Positions 62,491 through 64,000 of a stretch of 64,000 bases of DNA are shown here, piece after piece. Both the position numbers and the translations under genes were made by a program. Position 1 is the first letter of the stretch, and every line of letters starts with the position of its first letter. The notes under the pieces are model-generated. The model was not told the origin of the DNA and made no database searches. It was given only the letters and a program-made list of their open reading frames with translations. Location: the NCBI RefSeq assembly GCF_001194135.2, contig NC_068984.1, positions 93,510,359 to 93,574,358 of the forward strand. Reading direction: 5' to 3'. This stretch comes from Octopus bimaculoides (lineage: Eukaryota).

Positions 62491-62837
62491 CCAAGTAAGT
62501 TGCTACACAGAAAAGAATGGTAAGAAGAAATTTTATAAAAGATACTTTCTGCAGCGACACTACATAATCATCTGTACAAAGTTCTGAACATATGCTGAGT
62601 AGTACAGCACACTTATCTAACAGCCATTATGCTGTACCAAGTAATATTCTGGATCATTAAACTCTTTGAGATTTTTTCCAATGAATCACCAACTTCCTTT
62701 ACATTCAGAAGTTGAAGACATTTGCAACAGCACTAAATCCAAAGGATCTAAAAAGTCAAAACAGTGCCTCTTCTAAATCCTAACACAATTAAATAAAAAA
62801 ACTTTATATTCATAACTATATATAAATATCAATTGGA

Positions 62838-63605
62838 TGTCATCATCATCATCATCATTTAACGTCCGCTTTCCATGATAGCATGGGTTGGAGGACTGGT
62901 GGAACCCGAAGGCTACACCAGGCTCCAATTTGATTTGGCAGAGTTTCTACAGCTGGATGCCCTTCCTAACACCAACCACTCCGAGAGTGTAGTAGGTGCT
63001 TTTACGTGTCACTGGCACGAAGGCTAGTCAGGCGATACTGGCAACGGCAACGATCTCGCTCGAAAGTCCTTACGTATGCCACGGGCACAAGTACCAGAAA
63101 GGCGACGCTGGGCACAGGTGCCATCCCGATTTCGTTTTCACTTGCCCCAATGAGTCTTCGCAAGTTGAGTTTCATGTCCAATGAAGGAGACGACGTTGGC
63201 ATGGGTGTCAGTCGTCGAATTTACTTTGGTTTTGATTTCACTTGCCTCAACAAGTCTTCGCAAGCGGAGTTTAGTGTCCAATGAAGGAAAGGTACGCATA
63301 AGTGGGTTGGCTACACCCCTGGCAGAGGCCTTGGATTTAGGTCTCACTTGGCTTGCTGGGTCTTCTCACACACAGCATATTTCCAAAGGTCTCGGTCAGA
63401 AGTCATTGCCTCGGTGAGGCCCAATGTTCGAAGGTCTTGCCTCACCACCTCATCCCAGGTCTTCCTGGGCCTACCTCTTCCACAGGTTCCCTCGACTGCT
63501 AGGGTGTGGCACTTTTTCACACAGCTATCCTCGTCCATTCTCGCCACATGACCATACCAACGCAATCGTCTCTCTTGCACACCACAACTGATGCTTCTTA
63601 GGCTC
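62838..63605 (-). mobile_element. RTE LINE (copy F), 3' end only
   Basis: RSISCGVQERRLRWYGHV...CEKTQQAK* plus 3' UTR and (GAT)n tail on the minus strand. Confidence 0.92.
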
Positions 63606-64000
63606 TCTGACAAGAATCAAGTTTCATACAACAGTTACATGAAGATTACCTTTGAAGAAATTCAGTGGAATAATGCAGCATTTATTTTAAAAACTGAGAT
63701 TCTTGTTAGTTAATGAGACATAAAAATGATTTCATAACCAACAGGTCAACTGTCAAAATTGTCACACCATACCAAAAGGTTCAATAAGCTGTTGCACATT
63801 GTGCATATCAGAGAATATAACTTAACTCAGAAGGATAATGAATTGAAAAGGTCTGAGCTGATCTCCAAATGTCCCCACCAAAACATGTTACAATGCCCAT
63901 TAGATGACACTTCACAACACAGAACTACTGGATGTATCTTACACACACACACATTGTTAAATAATGACTTAGGGAAGTACGCAATAAAGATATTGAGTGC

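Overview
Eukaryotic, AT-rich, gapped draft sequence with 8 N-runs. The repeat families resemble those I recall from coleoid cephalopods (Octopus); that assignment is an unverified inference. The window holds large repeat-filled introns of a minus-strand host gene that the ORF track does not resolve. I reconstruct six GT-AG exons (62118-61948, 61738-61622, 56817-56629, 32964-32792, 22988-22845, 22207-22113). Their peptides are collinear with the C-terminal third of condensin II subunit G2 (NCAPG2) as I recall it. At least one bridging exon and the terminal exon(s) are unresolved. Most of the remaining sequence is mobile DNA. It includes three Gypsy/Ty3 LTR elements (two with paired LTRs and 5-bp TSDs but no RT/RNase H), several copies of an RTE LINE family carrying a PHD-like finger, and other RTE and RLE-type LINE fragments. 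It also includes Penelope-like fragments with minimal hammerhead-like motifs, three TTAA-flanked piggyBac elements plus MITEs, a maT/DD37D-type Tc1-mariner relic, a hAT relic, Helitron-like elements and tRNA-derived SINEs. No rRNA, intact tRNA gene or CRISPR array was found. The best second-look items are a Gypsy integrase segment bracketed by 94-bp inverted repeats, a Penelope terminus combining a tRNA-like unit with a hammerhead-like motif, the missing NCAPG2 bridging exon, and inverted LINE copies flanking host exons.
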